64,000 nt of DNA from positions 21,381 to 85,380 of the forward strand of contig CACCOR010000004.1 in the NCBI GenBank assembly GCA_902547695.1. Direction: 5' to 3'. The position numbers were made by a program, and so were the translations under genes. The number at the start of each line of letters is the position of its first letter. The stretch's first letter is position 1. Below the pieces are notes generated by a model that ran no database searches, was not told where the DNA came from, and saw only the letters and a program-made list of their open reading frames with translations. Below, in pieces: positions 26,355-35,972 of this stretch. The stretch is from an uncultured SAR86 cluster bacterium (GTDB taxonomy: Bacteria; Pseudomonadota; Gammaproteobacteria; Magnimaribacterales; D2472).

Positions 26355-26383
26355 GCTTTTTTAACTATTTTTGGAGAAATATC

Positions 26384-28537
26384 TTGAAAGGTACAGTTTT
26401 ATATGAAGTAAAGGACAATGTTGCCCTACTCACAGTTGATAACCCGCCAGTAAATCCTCTAAGCGATGGAGTCAGGACTGGTTTATACGAATCATTAACA
26501 AAAGCAGAAGAAGATGATTCAGTTGTAGGAGTTGTTTTAACAGGAAATGGTAGGGCCTTTATTGCTGGAGCTGATATATCAGAATTTGGTGGAAATGTAG
26601 AAGGCGTAAGCTTAAATGAGGTATTTCAAAAACTGGAGCATTGCAGTAAACCCGTTGTAGCTGCCATAAATGGTATAGCTTTAGGAGGCGGACTAGAAAC
26701 AGCATTATGCTGTAACTACAGGATTGCAGATAAAAATGCGTTTGTTGGCCTTCCAGAGGTTAATTTAGGCTTATTGCCAGGTGGAGGCGGTACTCAAAGG
26801 CTTCCGAGGCTTGCAGGACCATCTGAAGCACTAAAGATGATGCTTACTGGAGCACATGTTCCTGCTAAAAAGGCTTTAGATATGGGAATAGTTGATGGTA
26901 TATCTGAAGATGTAGTTAATGAATCTATAGAATTCATAAAAAATAAAGCTGACAGTAATGAAGAACATCCAAAAGTAAGAGATTTAAACTCAAAAATGAT
27001 AGAGGCTCGTGGCGATGATAAAGTTCTTCTTGAGGCTCAGGCCATGGCATCTAAGGGAAGAAAGGGTCAATTTGCTCCTGGGCAAATCATAAAATGTGTA
27101 GAAGCAGCAATTAATATTGATGATTTTGACGAAGGACTGAAAAAAGAGGGTGAATATTTTCTTGAATGTTTGATGCATCCTCAAAGAGAAGCAATGATCC
27201 ATATTTTCTTTGGTGAAAGAGCAGCTTCAAAGATTTCTGACGTTCCTAAAGAAACTAAAGTTATGGATATCAAAAAAGCAGGCATTATTGGTTCTGGAAC
27301 TATGGGGGGTGGAATAGCAATGTGTTTTGCTAATGCAGGCATTCCCGTTCATATTATCGATCAGGATGAGGAAAACCTTAAAAGAGGAGTTTCAGTAATA
27401 GAAAAAAATTATGACTTTATGGTTAATAAAGGGCGTCTATCTCCTGAACAAAAAGATGCTGTATTTGGACTAGTATCGTCTAGTTTAGATTATAAAGATG
27501 TCTCTGACTGCGATATTGTCATTGAAGCAGTATATGAAAATCTTGAATTAAAACATGAAATTTTTAAGTCATTAGATACTCATGTTAAGGAGGGCGCTAT
27601 TCTAGCCAGTAATACATCAGGTTTAGATATAGATTCTATTGCATCAGTAACTAGTAGGCCTGAACTGGTAGTGGGTACTCACTTTTTTAGTCCTGCTAAT
27701 ATAATGAGACTATTAGAGGTTGTACGAGGAGAACAAACATCTGACGAAACATTAGCAACTATTATGGCCATAGGCAAGAGACTTAAAAAGGCAGCTGTTG
27801 TCTCATTAAATGCTCCTGGTTTTATTGGTAATAGAATGTTATTTGGCTATACAGCTCAAGCAAACATGTTATTACTTGAAGGTGCATTGCCACATCAAAT
27901 TGATCAAGCATTAGAATCCTTTGGTCTAAATATGGGTCCATTTAGAATGATGGATCTCGTTGGATTAGACCTTGGTTGGAGAGCAAGAAAATTAAGTGGT
28001 AAAGAATCCCCTCTTCATGCAAAAATCGGCGATGAATTATGTGAACAAGATAGATATGGTCAAAAAAGTGGTGCTGGTTATTATAATTACTCAGAAGGTT
28101 CTAGAGCACCAAATCCAGCTCCTGAAAATGAAGCAGTATATGAAAAGATCTCATCAGAAAATGGATTTACCAGAAGAGACATTTCTGATGAAGAAATTGT
28201 AGAGAGGTGTATATTAGCTCTGATTAATGAAGGGGCAGATATTTTATCTGAAGGTGTCGCACAAAGAGCGGCTGATATTGATGTAGTTTATATAAATGGA
28301 TATGGATTTCCAATATGGAGAGGCGGTCCGATGCATCATGCAAATGCAATGGGACTTGATAAAGTTATAGAAAAGCTTGAAAAATATAGAGAAATTACAG
28401 GTAATGATGTCTACAAACCAAGTGAAATGCTTGTGAATCTGGCAAAAGATGGTGGAAAACTTGGAGAGGCACCTCAAAAAGGCGATAGAAAGGAAAAATT
28501 AGGTTTTGAGATGTCGTCAGTTGCAAACAATTTTTAG
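26384..28537 (+). CDS. Bifunctional enoyl-CoA hydratase / 3-hydroxyacyl-CoA dehydrogenase (FadB/FadJ-like)
   Basis: The N-terminal crotonase is 'GRAFIAGADISEF' and 'AAINGIALGGGLE'. The central NAD-binding HAD domain is 'AGIIGSGTMGGGIA' and 'ASNTSGLDI'. It has a TTG start with a good SD, and no thiolase gene is adjacent. Confidence 0.9.
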   Translation: MKGTVLYEVKDNVALLTVDNPPVNPLSDGVRTGLYESLTKAEEDDSVVGVVLTGNGRAFIAGADISEFGGNVEGVSLNEVFQKLEHCSKPVVAAINGIALGGGLETALCCNYRIADKNAFVGLPEVNLGLLPGGGGTQRLPRLAGPSEALKMMLTGAHVPAKKALDMGIVDGISEDVVNESIEFIKNKADSNEEHPKVRDLNSKMIEARGDDKVLLEAQAMASKGRKGQFAPGQIIKCVEAAINIDDFDEGLKKEGEYFLECLMHPQREAMIHIFFGERAASKISDVPKETKVMDIKKAGIIGSGTMGGGIAMCFANAGIPVHIIDQDEENLKRGVSVIEKNYDFMVNKGRLSPEQKDAVFGLVSSSLDYKDVSDCDIVIEAVYENLELKHEIFKSLDTHVKEGAILASNTSGLDIDSIASVTSRPELVVGTHFFSPANIMRLLEVVRGEQTSDETLATIMAIGKRLKKAAVVSLNAPGFIGNRMLFGYTAQANMLLLEGALPHQIDQALESFGLNMGPFRMMDLVGLDLGWRARKLSGKESPLHAKIGDELCEQDRYGQKSGAGYYNYSEGSRAPNPAPENEAVYEKISSENGFTRRDISDEEIVERCILALINEGADILSEGVAQRAADIDVVYINGYGFPIWRGGPMHHANAMGLDKVIEKLEKYREITGNDVYKPSEMLVNLAKDGGKLGEAPQKGDRKEKLGFEMSSVANNF

Positions 28538-28564
28538 ATTTAATAAATTAGAAAACTAGATGAT

Positions 28565-29116
28565 TTAGGCTCTAATTTGGACTTTTGTCCCCTCTGATAC
28601 CATATCGAATAGCTCTATCACATCATTGTTGAACATTCTTATACATCCGTGTGAGGCTTTTTGACCAATTAAGCCCTCTTCGTGGGTACCATGTATATAG
28701 ATATATCTGCTATAGGAATCTACTCCAACCCCCCTATTTATACCGTTTTCAAGCCCATCTAGCCATAATATTCTGGATGTTACAAAGTCATCCTCTGTAT
28801 CATTAGGATTGATTTGAATTTCTGCTCTTTTGTTTGTGTTTTCTCTTGCAGTAAATATTGTATTAATTGGCGCTTTATCTCCAATTTTTTCTTTAATTTC
28901 ATGCAATCCCAGTGGAGTTTTAAAGGAATTTTCAATTTGCCCTTCCCCATATTTTGATGTTGAAACTGGAAAACTTTGGACTAAATTATCATTATTATAC
29001 AAATAGAGCCTTTGCTCAGAAATATCAACAATAATTTCGTTATTTTGACTATAAGATTTAGTAAAGAAAAATGTCATAACAACCGAACAAATCAAGATCT
29101 TAGTGCTTTTTTCCAT
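28565..29116 (-). CDS. L,D-transpeptidase (YkuD domain)
   Basis: It has a signal peptide and the catalytic motif 'IHGTHEEGLIGQKASHGCIRM'. Confidence 0.8.
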   Translation of the reverse strand: MEKSTKILICSVVMTFFFTKSYSQNNEIIVDISEQRLYLYNNDNLVQSFPVSTSKYGEGQIENSFKTPLGLHEIKEKIGDKAPINTIFTARENTNKRAEIQINPNDTEDDFVTSRILWLDGLENGINRGVGVDSYSRYIYIHGTHEEGLIGQKASHGCIRMFNNDVIELFDMVSEGTKVQIRA

Positions 29117-30552
29117 ATAATCTTTAAAAAAGGAATTAAAACTATTATAAACGATAAAATTATAAAAAATAAATGTCCATTTCTTGAATAAAAAGTACTG
29201 TTTTTAATTAATTTTACGTTACCCTCAAGAATGCCTGACTTTCCTTTATCTAATAAAGAAACAATTGTTCCTTTATTAGAAATAATTGCTGATATACCGT
29301 CATTTGTTGCTCTTATTGTATATCTATTGTTCTCAATAGATCTCACTCTAGCAATACTTAAATGATGATATGGTCCAATAGAATTTCCAAACCAAGTGTC
29401 ATTTGAGACATTAATCATTAATAAAGAACTTTTATTCATCTTTCTTACTGTATTTGGAAAGGCAATATCAAAGCAAATTGGACTAGAAATGGGAATATTA
29501 TCAAGAATCCTTATATTTTCTTGTAACTGGCTCCCATGAGAAACATTAGACATTGGTAAATCAAAAAAATTTATTATTCCTCTAAGACCTTCAATAAAAG
29601 GAATATACTCACCAAATGGTACTAGATGTATTTTTTTATATGCTTCATTATATCTAGGACTAAAAATTGCGTTATATAATTTTGCATCTTCATATTTCCA
29701 TACGCCTAAAATAATTTTTTCAGAAATTTCTGTATTTTTTAGAAAATTTATAAATCTAATACTATTCTGAGAGTACGGCAGCTCAGCTTCAGGTAATACT
29801 ACTAACTCAGAATCTTTAGAAACTGTATCGATAAGTTTATTTAGGTTGTCCTCAATCTTTAAATAATAATTATCTTCATATTTTAAAAAAGGATCTGATG
29901 CTGGTTGAACAATTGACACCTTGATACCATCTTTGGTTTCATCTGCAGGTGAAAATGGTAATAAGGAAATTATAAGTATTGCAGCTGAAACATAGAATAT
30001 CTTATTATTTGAGTAAACGATGAATAATGCGCATATAAAATAAATGAAAAAGGAGGCAGCTGTTACGCCAAAGATAGGATAAATATTCTGTGATATTGTA
30101 TCCAAAAATATATTACCTGGTATTAGCCATGGAACCCCGTTTAGAAAAAAATATCTACTAAACTCGCTAATAGTAAATATAGAAGAAATAAAAAGAACAC
30201 TAAAAAAGTTGTTATTTATTTTAGTAAAACTTAAGGCTGATTTTAGTATCAATAGGGGGGAAGTAAATATCAATGTTAATATTACAACTAATAGAATATA
30301 TATAATTGAGGACATTGCTATTGTTGTTTCTCCATAATAGTAAACACTTACTATTATCCAAGACATTCCTAATCCCCAATGCCCTAAACCCCAGCAAAAA
30401 ACTTTCCAAAAGACACCATTATTATTTGATATTAATAAGTGAATCAAATAACCATAAGATATGAAAATTAAGAATTTAATTGAGAAGGGTGCGAATGCAA
30501 AAATTCCTATTAATCCAAATAATGCTGGAATAATAAAATTTAAAATCTTCAT
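29092..30552 (-). CDS. lnt: Apolipoprotein N-acyltransferase
   Basis: It has a polytopic N-terminus and a CN-hydrolase domain with E-K-C residues ('VVLPEAE', 'KIHLVPFGEYIP', 'SSPICFD'). It lies downstream of corC as in E. coli. Confidence 0.9.
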   Translation of the reverse strand: MKILNFIIPALFGLIGIFAFAPFSIKFLIFISYGYLIHLLISNNNGVFWKVFCWGLGHWGLGMSWIIVSVYYYGETTIAMSSIIYILLVVILTLIFTSPLLILKSALSFTKINNNFFSVLFISSIFTISEFSRYFFLNGVPWLIPGNIFLDTISQNIYPIFGVTAASFFIYFICALFIVYSNNKIFYVSAAILIISLLPFSPADETKDGIKVSIVQPASDPFLKYEDNYYLKIEDNLNKLIDTVSKDSELVVLPEAELPYSQNSIRFINFLKNTEISEKIILGVWKYEDAKLYNAIFSPRYNEAYKKIHLVPFGEYIPFIEGLRGIINFFDLPMSNVSHGSQLQENIRILDNIPISSPICFDIAFPNTVRKMNKSSLLMINVSNDTWFGNSIGPYHHLSIARVRSIENNRYTIRATNDGISAIISNKGTIVSLLDKGKSGILEGNVKLIKNSTFYSRNGHLFFIILSFIIVLIPFLKIIWKKALRS

Positions 30553-31406
30553 TTATTTATTGAAACAATAAACTTCTTTATTCTTCTATTATCTGTGTCT
30601 GAAACCTTTATTGAGATATTCTCTAATTTAATTTTATCGCCAATCTTTGGTAACACTCCATATTCAGAAATAAATAAGCCTCCCAAGGTTTCGGCATCAA
30701 TAGAAAGTGGATCTAGTTCAAGTTCAAAGAAACTAACAAACTCTTCTATTTCAATTTTTGCATCTACATTATATTTATTAGTTGAGACTTCTATTATTTC
30801 TTGCTCTTCGATGTCATGTTCATCTTCAATCTCTCCAACTAATTCTTCAAGAATATCTTCAATTGTTATAAGTCCACATATTTCTCCATATTCATCTATA
30901 ACTACTGCTAAATGAGATCTATCTTGTTTAAATTCTTCTAGAAGTGAATCAGCCTTTTTGGTTTCAGGAACAACATTTGGATCTCTAAGCATCTCATTAA
31001 TATCAAAATCAGCAGTGCCTTTAAATAGTTTTGGTAAGATATCTTTAGCTAATAAGATGCCAGCTACCTCATTTCTTTCCTCACCCAAGACTGGATATCT
31101 AGAGTGGCCTGATTCAATTATTCTTTTGATGATTTCGTTAGTATCGTCTTTAACTTGTATTGTTACCATATCAACTTTTGGAATCATTATCTCTTTTACA
31201 GTGATATCCCCTAAGCGAATTGCTTTACTGGCAATTGATTCTGCTTCTTTATCAATTATTTTTTGATCAACAGCGTCTTTTAGAAACTCAGTTACTTCAG
31301 ATACGCTTTGAGTTTTTATGAAAAATGGATTTCTAAAATATTTTTTTAATTTATTAATAATTCCCGACGGAGGCTTATTATCTTCTTGATTTTGTTTTTC
31401 GTTCAT
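30549..31406 (-). CDS. corC: Mg2+/Co2+ efflux-associated CBS-domain protein CorC
   Basis: It has tandem CBS domains and a CorC/HlyC C-terminal domain. Synteny is ybeZ-ybeY-corC-lnt. Confidence 0.9.
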   Translation of the reverse strand: MNEKQNQEDNKPPSGIINKLKKYFRNPFFIKTQSVSEVTEFLKDAVDQKIIDKEAESIASKAIRLGDITVKEIMIPKVDMVTIQVKDDTNEIIKRIIESGHSRYPVLGEERNEVAGILLAKDILPKLFKGTADFDINEMLRDPNVVPETKKADSLLEEFKQDRSHLAVVIDEYGEICGLITIEDILEELVGEIEDEHDIEEQEIIEVSTNKYNVDAKIEIEEFVSFFELELDPLSIDAETLGGLFISEYGVLPKIGDKIKLENISIKVSDTDNRRIKKFIVSINK

Positions 31407-31852
31407 TAATATGGATTGTCGATATTTATTTTTTTAAGCAATTTTATCTCTTTATTTTCCATTTGAGCTGCCATTTTATTATTTTCATGATCAAACCCTA
31501 ATATATGATATACGCCATGAATTAACATGTGAATTAAATGATCATCAAATTTTTTATTTTGTTGACGAGATTCTTCTTCTAAATATTGATAACTTATTGC
31601 AATATCACCCAAATCTCCTGTGATTGACTTTGAAATATCTTCATTTGTAAAAGATAGTACATTTGTGGGTGAGTTTTTCTTTCTGTACTTGTTGTTTAGT
31701 TCTTGTATTTCATTATTGTTTAAAATTTTTAAATTTACAGAACAGTTGGAGAGTTTTTCTTCCTCACAAATTAATGAAAAGGCCATATTAAGTTTATTCT
31801 CAAGTTGAGTTGAAATTGAAAAATCTCCTGATGTTAAAATATTGAGACTCAC
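31406..31852 (-). CDS. ybeY: rRNA maturation endoribonuclease YbeY
   Basis: It has the zinc motif 'HGVYHILGFDH'. Confidence 0.9.
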   Translation of the reverse strand: MSLNILTSGDFSISTQLENKLNMAFSLICEEEKLSNCSVNLKILNNNEIQELNNKYRKKNSPTNVLSFTNEDISKSITGDLGDIAISYQYLEEESRQQNKKFDDHLIHMLIHGVYHILGFDHENNKMAAQMENKEIKLLKKINIDNPY

Positions 31853-32809
31853 CTATAAACCTAACTTGTCCTCAAAATATTTATAAGCATCAATAATTTT
31901 TTTAACTAAAGGATGTCTCACAACATCTGATGAAGAAAAGTTAGTAAAACCTATGCCATCAGTATCTTTAAGAACTTCTATAGCGTCTGACAAACCTGAT
32001 TTAATATTTTTTGGAAGATCTATTTGAGTTAAATCTCCATTAATTACAAGATAAGAACCAAAGCCCATTCTAGTTAAAACCATTTTCATTTGTTCTTTTG
32101 TTGTATTTTGACTTTCATCGACAATTATGAATGAGTTATTTAGTGTCCTTCCTCTCATATATGCTAAAGGAGCTATTTCAACGATACCTCTTTCAAGTAG
32201 TTTTTCAGTTTTTTCAACTCCGAGCATCTCATATAAAGCATCGTAAAGAGGGCGAAGATATGGATCAACTTTTTGAGATAAATCTCCTGGTAAAAACCCA
32301 AGTTTTTCACCAGCTTCTACTGCAGGCCTTATTAAAATAATTCTATCTACTTTTTCATTTAAAAGATGATCAACTGCTAATGCAACAGCCAGGTACGTTT
32401 TTCCAGTTCCAGCAGGACCAATTCCAAAGTTAATTTCATTATTTGAAATATTTTCAATATAGGTTTTTTGATTTTTTCCTCTTGGCATGACACTTTTTTT
32501 AGGTGTTTTGATTTTAATAACATTAGTCATGTTTTTATCTGACTCTTGTATGCACAAATTTAGTGTTTCGCTATTAATCTCAATTCCTTGGCCTGCTGCT
32601 TCGTATAACTTTCTTAAAGCATCTACGGATAGATCAACATCTTTTTTGTTTCCTTTAATTTTAAGATTATTACCATTTTGAAAAATCTTTACATTAAATG
32701 TCTTTTCTACAAACTTAAGATTTTCATTAAGTTCGCCAACGAACCTAACCATAACATTTGCATCTGAGGGTTGTAATTCTAGACTAGTTAACGATGAATC
32801 AGTTGACAT
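31853..32809 (-). CDS. ybeZ: PhoH-like ATPase YbeZ
   Basis: It has P-loop 'GPAGTGKTYLAVA' and 'IIVDESQN', and lies between miaB and ybeY. Confidence 0.9.
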   Translation of the reverse strand: MSTDSSLTSLELQPSDANVMVRFVGELNENLKFVEKTFNVKIFQNGNNLKIKGNKKDVDLSVDALRKLYEAAGQGIEINSETLNLCIQESDKNMTNVIKIKTPKKSVMPRGKNQKTYIENISNNEINFGIGPAGTGKTYLAVALAVDHLLNEKVDRIILIRPAVEAGEKLGFLPGDLSQKVDPYLRPLYDALYEMLGVEKTEKLLERGIVEIAPLAYMRGRTLNNSFIIVDESQNTTKEQMKMVLTRMGFGSYLVINGDLTQIDLPKNIKSGLSDAIEVLKDTDGIGFTNFSSSDVVRHPLVKKIIDAYKYFEDKLGL

Positions 32810-34134
32810 TAATTTTGTAAATTACCTCTTAAACAATTTGGCAGTGCTTCATTAATTTGAATATTAATGATTTGCCCAACTAAATCAATATCATTTGATG
32901 GAAAATTAACAACTCGATTACATATAGTTCTTCCTTGTAATTGTCCTGGATCTCTTTTTGACTGTCCGTAGACTAAGCAGTTTTGCAATGTACCAACCTT
33001 CTTTCTGCTAAATCCAAATGAAAGTTGGTTTAGTCTCTCTTGAAGAATATTTAATCTTTCTTTTTTTTCTTCTTGAGTAACATCATCTTCCATATCTGAT
33101 GCAGTTGTATTTGGTCTGGGACTATATATAAAACTAAATGACTCATCAAATCTTACTTCATTAATTACATTCATGGTCCCCATGAAATCATCATTTGTCT
33201 CACCAGGAAAGCCAACAATAAAATCTGAAGAAAAACTCATGTCAGGTCGTACTTTACGAATTTTTTCAACAAGATTTAGGTATTTTTCAACGTTATAACG
33301 TCTTCTCATTAATTTTAATATTCTATCTGAACCACTTTGTACAGGAAGATGAACGTGACTTACAAGCTCTGGTACCTTATCGTAAACTTCAACAAGATCG
33401 TCCTTAAATTCATGTGGATGGCTTGTTGTATACCTAATTCTTTCAATATTTTCTATTTTTGCTGTTAACTCAATCAATTTAGCTAAAGAAGATTTTTCAC
33501 CTTTATAGGTGCCTTTGAAATTGTTTACATTTTGGCCCAATAAATGAATCTCTCTAGTTCCATTTTCTGCAAGTACGGATATCTCATTCAAAATATCTTC
33601 AATTGTTCTTGATACCTCATGACCTCTTGTTTTTGGAACAACACAAAAAGAACAATATTTATTGCAGCCCTCAATAATTGAAACAAACGCTGAGGGTTCG
33701 CCAGTTCCATTCACAGGAATATGATTAAATTTTTCTAATTTTGGAAATGAAATATCAACTTGATTAATGTTTGTTTTATTTTTATTTTCATATAGCTCTG
33801 GTAATTTGTGGAGTGTCTGAGGTCCAAATACGATATCTACTGCAGGAGCTCTTTTGATTATATTTTCACCTTCTTGTGATGCAACACATCCTCCTATAGC
33901 AATTTTCAAATCAGGATTTTTGTCTTTTATTTTTCGCCATCTTCCAATTTGATGAAATACCTTTTCTTGTGCTTTTTCTCTTATCGAACAGGTGTTAAGG
34001 ATCAAAAGATCTGCTTCCTCTTCATTTTCTGCTAATTCAAAGCTTTCTTTTTCTTCTAAAAGATCAAACATTTTTGCAGAATCATATTCATTCATCTGAC
34101 AACCATGTGTTTTTATAAATAATTTTTTTGTCAT
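32809..34134 (-). CDS. miaB: tRNA-2-methylthio-N6-dimethylallyladenosine synthase
   Basis: It has N-terminal 'HGCQMNEYD' and '[12 protein letters not shown]', the radical-SAM 'CNKYCSFC' motif and a TRAM C-terminus. Confidence 0.95.
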   Translation of the reverse strand: MTKKLFIKTHGCQMNEYDSAKMFDLLEEKESFELAENEEEADLLILNTCSIREKAQEKVFHQIGRWRKIKDKNPDLKIAIGGCVASQEGENIIKRAPAVDIVFGPQTLHKLPELYENKNKTNINQVDISFPKLEKFNHIPVNGTGEPSAFVSIIEGCNKYCSFCVVPKTRGHEVSRTIEDILNEISVLAENGTREIHLLGQNVNNFKGTYKGEKSSLAKLIELTAKIENIERIRYTTSHPHEFKDDLVEVYDKVPELVSHVHLPVQSGSDRILKLMRRRYNVEKYLNLVEKIRKVRPDMSFSSDFIVGFPGETNDDFMGTMNVINEVRFDESFSFIYSPRPNTTASDMEDDVTQEEKKERLNILQERLNQLSFGFSRKKVGTLQNCLVYGQSKRDPGQLQGRTICNRVVNFPSNDIDLVGQIINIQINEALPNCLRGNLQN

Positions 34135-34193
34135 ATTTAATTAACTTTTTATAACTTTAATTATCAAACATTATTCCCATATAATTAAGTATT

Positions 34194-34520
34194 ATGAAAA
34201 CTAAAAATGTTTACAAGATAATTTTCATTCAGCTCGGTGAAATTTATGAAGTTTTTGCTAAACAAATTTACCAAAGTGATATGTACGGTTTTATCGAGGT
34301 GGAAGAGTATATCTTCAATAAAGATAAACAGCTAGTAGTTGATCCAAGTTCAGAAAAATTAAAAAATGAATTTTCAATGGTTGAGAGAAGTTATATACCT
34401 ATAAATTCTATTGTGAGAATTGATGAAGTTAACGAAACTGGCGAGGCAAAAATAAAAGAGAATAAGGGTCAAGTAAGTCCTTTTCCTTTAAACATTCAAC
34501 CCTCTAACAAAAAAGAATAA
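34194..34520 (+). CDS. DUF1820-family protein
   Basis: 'YKIIFIQLGEIYEVFAKQIYQSDMYGFIEVEEYIF' matches my memory of the conserved gammaproteobacterial DUF1820 proteins found beside miaB. Confidence 0.6.
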   Translation: MKTKNVYKIIFIQLGEIYEVFAKQIYQSDMYGFIEVEEYIFNKDKQLVVDPSSEKLKNEFSMVERSYIPINSIVRIDEVNETGEAKIKENKGQVSPFPLNIQPSNKKE

Positions 34521-34521
34521 A

Positions 34522-35070
34522 TTATTCTGGCATAAATAGTTTTTTATAAAATCTAAGTTCTTCTACAGACTCTTTAATATCTCCAAGAGCTCTATGAGAT
34601 CCTTTTTTTTCATAAATTTGGGCTTCATTCATCCAGCGTACAGCAACTTCCTTGAAAGACGAGACATCAATATGTCTATAATTAAAATATGCCTCTAATC
34701 TTGGCATGTACTTTGATAAAAAGCGTCTGTCATGAGAAACAGTATTTCCACACATAGGTGACATATTTTCTCCTACATATTTTGAAATAAAATCTAAGGT
34801 TTCAATTTCTGCAATTTGTTCTGTTACGTTACTTTTTAAGACCTCATCTGTTAAACCAGACGATCCGTGCTGATTTTGATTCCATTCATCCATAGATTTA
34901 AGAATTTCTTTAGGTTGCGAAATTATTAAATTAGGGCCCTCTGCAATAATATTTAGACTGGAATCAGTTATTAGAGTAGCTATTTCGATAATTTTTTCTT
35001 TATCTGGATCCAAACCAGTCATTTCTAGATCAATCCAGACTAAATTATCTCTTGATTGTAAAGTTTTCAT
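34522..35070 (-). CDS. orn: Oligoribonuclease
   Basis: The DEDDh motifs are 'WIDLEMTGL', 'GNTVSHDRRFL' and 'HRALGDI'. It is divergent from rsgA as in E. coli. Confidence 0.9.
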   Translation of the reverse strand: MKTLQSRDNLVWIDLEMTGLDPDKEKIIEIATLITDSSLNIIAEGPNLIISQPKEILKSMDEWNQNQHGSSGLTDEVLKSNVTEQIAEIETLDFISKYVGENMSPMCGNTVSHDRRFLSKYMPRLEAYFNYRHIDVSSFKEVAVRWMNEAQIYEKKGSHRALGDIKESVEELRFYKKLFMPE

Positions 35071-35111
35071 ATCTTTTTATAATCGCCTCTTTAGTGTATT
35101 TTGTTCCTATT

Positions 35112-35972
35112 ATGAAAAAAGTTCAAACTGGACAGATTGTAGAATTTTATTCAAATAGCTGTTTGGTTAAGACAAAATTTGGTGAATTCTCATGCTTAGC
35201 GATAAAAAACGTCGTTGTTGGTGACTTTGTTGAGCTAGAAATTATTCAAGATAGCAAGAAACTAAATGGAAAAATTCTTAGCATTCAAGAAAGAAAAACT
35301 AAACTTTTTAAATCAGATGGTAGCAGGACAAAGCTATTTGCAGCAAACATAAGTCATGTAGGAATAATAGTTACGCCAAAACCAAAAACTTCTTCAGAAT
35401 TTATAGATAAATGGATATTAAAATCAAAACTATCAAATATAGAGCCTTTCATTATTAATAATAAAATCGATATTGAAACTGATAATGAATATAAAATTAA
35501 GCTTGATATCTATAAAAGCTTAGGCATAACTACTGTTGATTGCTCTGCAAAGCATGGTGATAATCTTAAAGAGCTTATAGATTTTTTGAAACAAAAATCT
35601 GTTCTTTTTGTTGGTAATTCTGGTGCAGGCAAATCAACTCTATCATCTAAGCTTATAGGAAAAAAACTTAAAACAAATTCTTTGTCTAATGAGCAAGGAG
35701 TTCATACAACTTCAATATCATCATTATATGAATTGCAAAATAATACAAAAATAATAGATTCACCTGGAATGCGAGATATTGAAATAAAAAATTATAGTAA
35801 AGATCATATTATTAGTGGTTTTGAGGAAATTCTTGAAGCATCTAAAGGTTGCAAATTTACAAATTGTAATCATATTAATAACAAAGGCTGCTTTGTCATT
35901 GAAAGTCTGGTGAATGGTCAAATTAATCAAAGTAGATACAATAACTTCATAAAATTTAGAGATAATGGGTAA
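35112..35972 (+). CDS. rsgA: Ribosome small-subunit biogenesis GTPase RsgA
   Basis: It has an OB-fold N-terminus, 'NKIDI', P-loop 'GNSGAGKSTL' and zinc knuckle 'CKFTNCNHINNKGC'. Starting at ATG 35112 avoids overlapping the orn start. Confidence 0.85.
   Translation: MKKVQTGQIVEFYSNSCLVKTKFGEFSCLAIKNVVVGDFVELEIIQDSKKLNGKILSIQERKTKLFKSDGSRTKLFAANISHVGIIVTPKPKTSSEFIDKWILKSKLSNIEPFIINNKIDIETDNEYKIKLDIYKSLGITTVDCSAKHGDNLKELIDFLKQKSVLFVGNSGAGKSTLSSKLIGKKLKTNSLSNEQGVHTTSISSLYELQNNTKIIDSPGMRDIEIKNYSKDHIISGFEEILEASKGCKFTNCNHINNKGCFVIESLVNGQINQSRYNNFIKFRDNG

Noticed and set aside
30595-31266. Two 100+ codon ORFs (30595-30915 and 30958-31266, + strand) antisense to corC. Similar long antisense ORFs occur at 42644-43048 (pgk), 51312-51752 (xerC), 50424-50792 (DUF484), 60705-61052 (pckA), 48592-48915 (lysA) and 45808-46053 (metK).
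   Set aside because: Each lies entirely inside a well-supported conserved gene on the other strand. Each translates to Ser/Ile/Phe/Leu-rich low-complexity sequence with no recognisable motifs. This is the usual shadow-frame artefact opposite real genes, and nothing suggests overlapping coding.
31853-32809. A PhoH-like ATPase as a phosphate-starvation or toxin-associated (PIN-PhoH) module.
   Set aside because: It is the YbeZ orthologue in the universal miaB-ybeZ-ybeY-corC-lnt operon. There is no fused or adjacent PIN domain.
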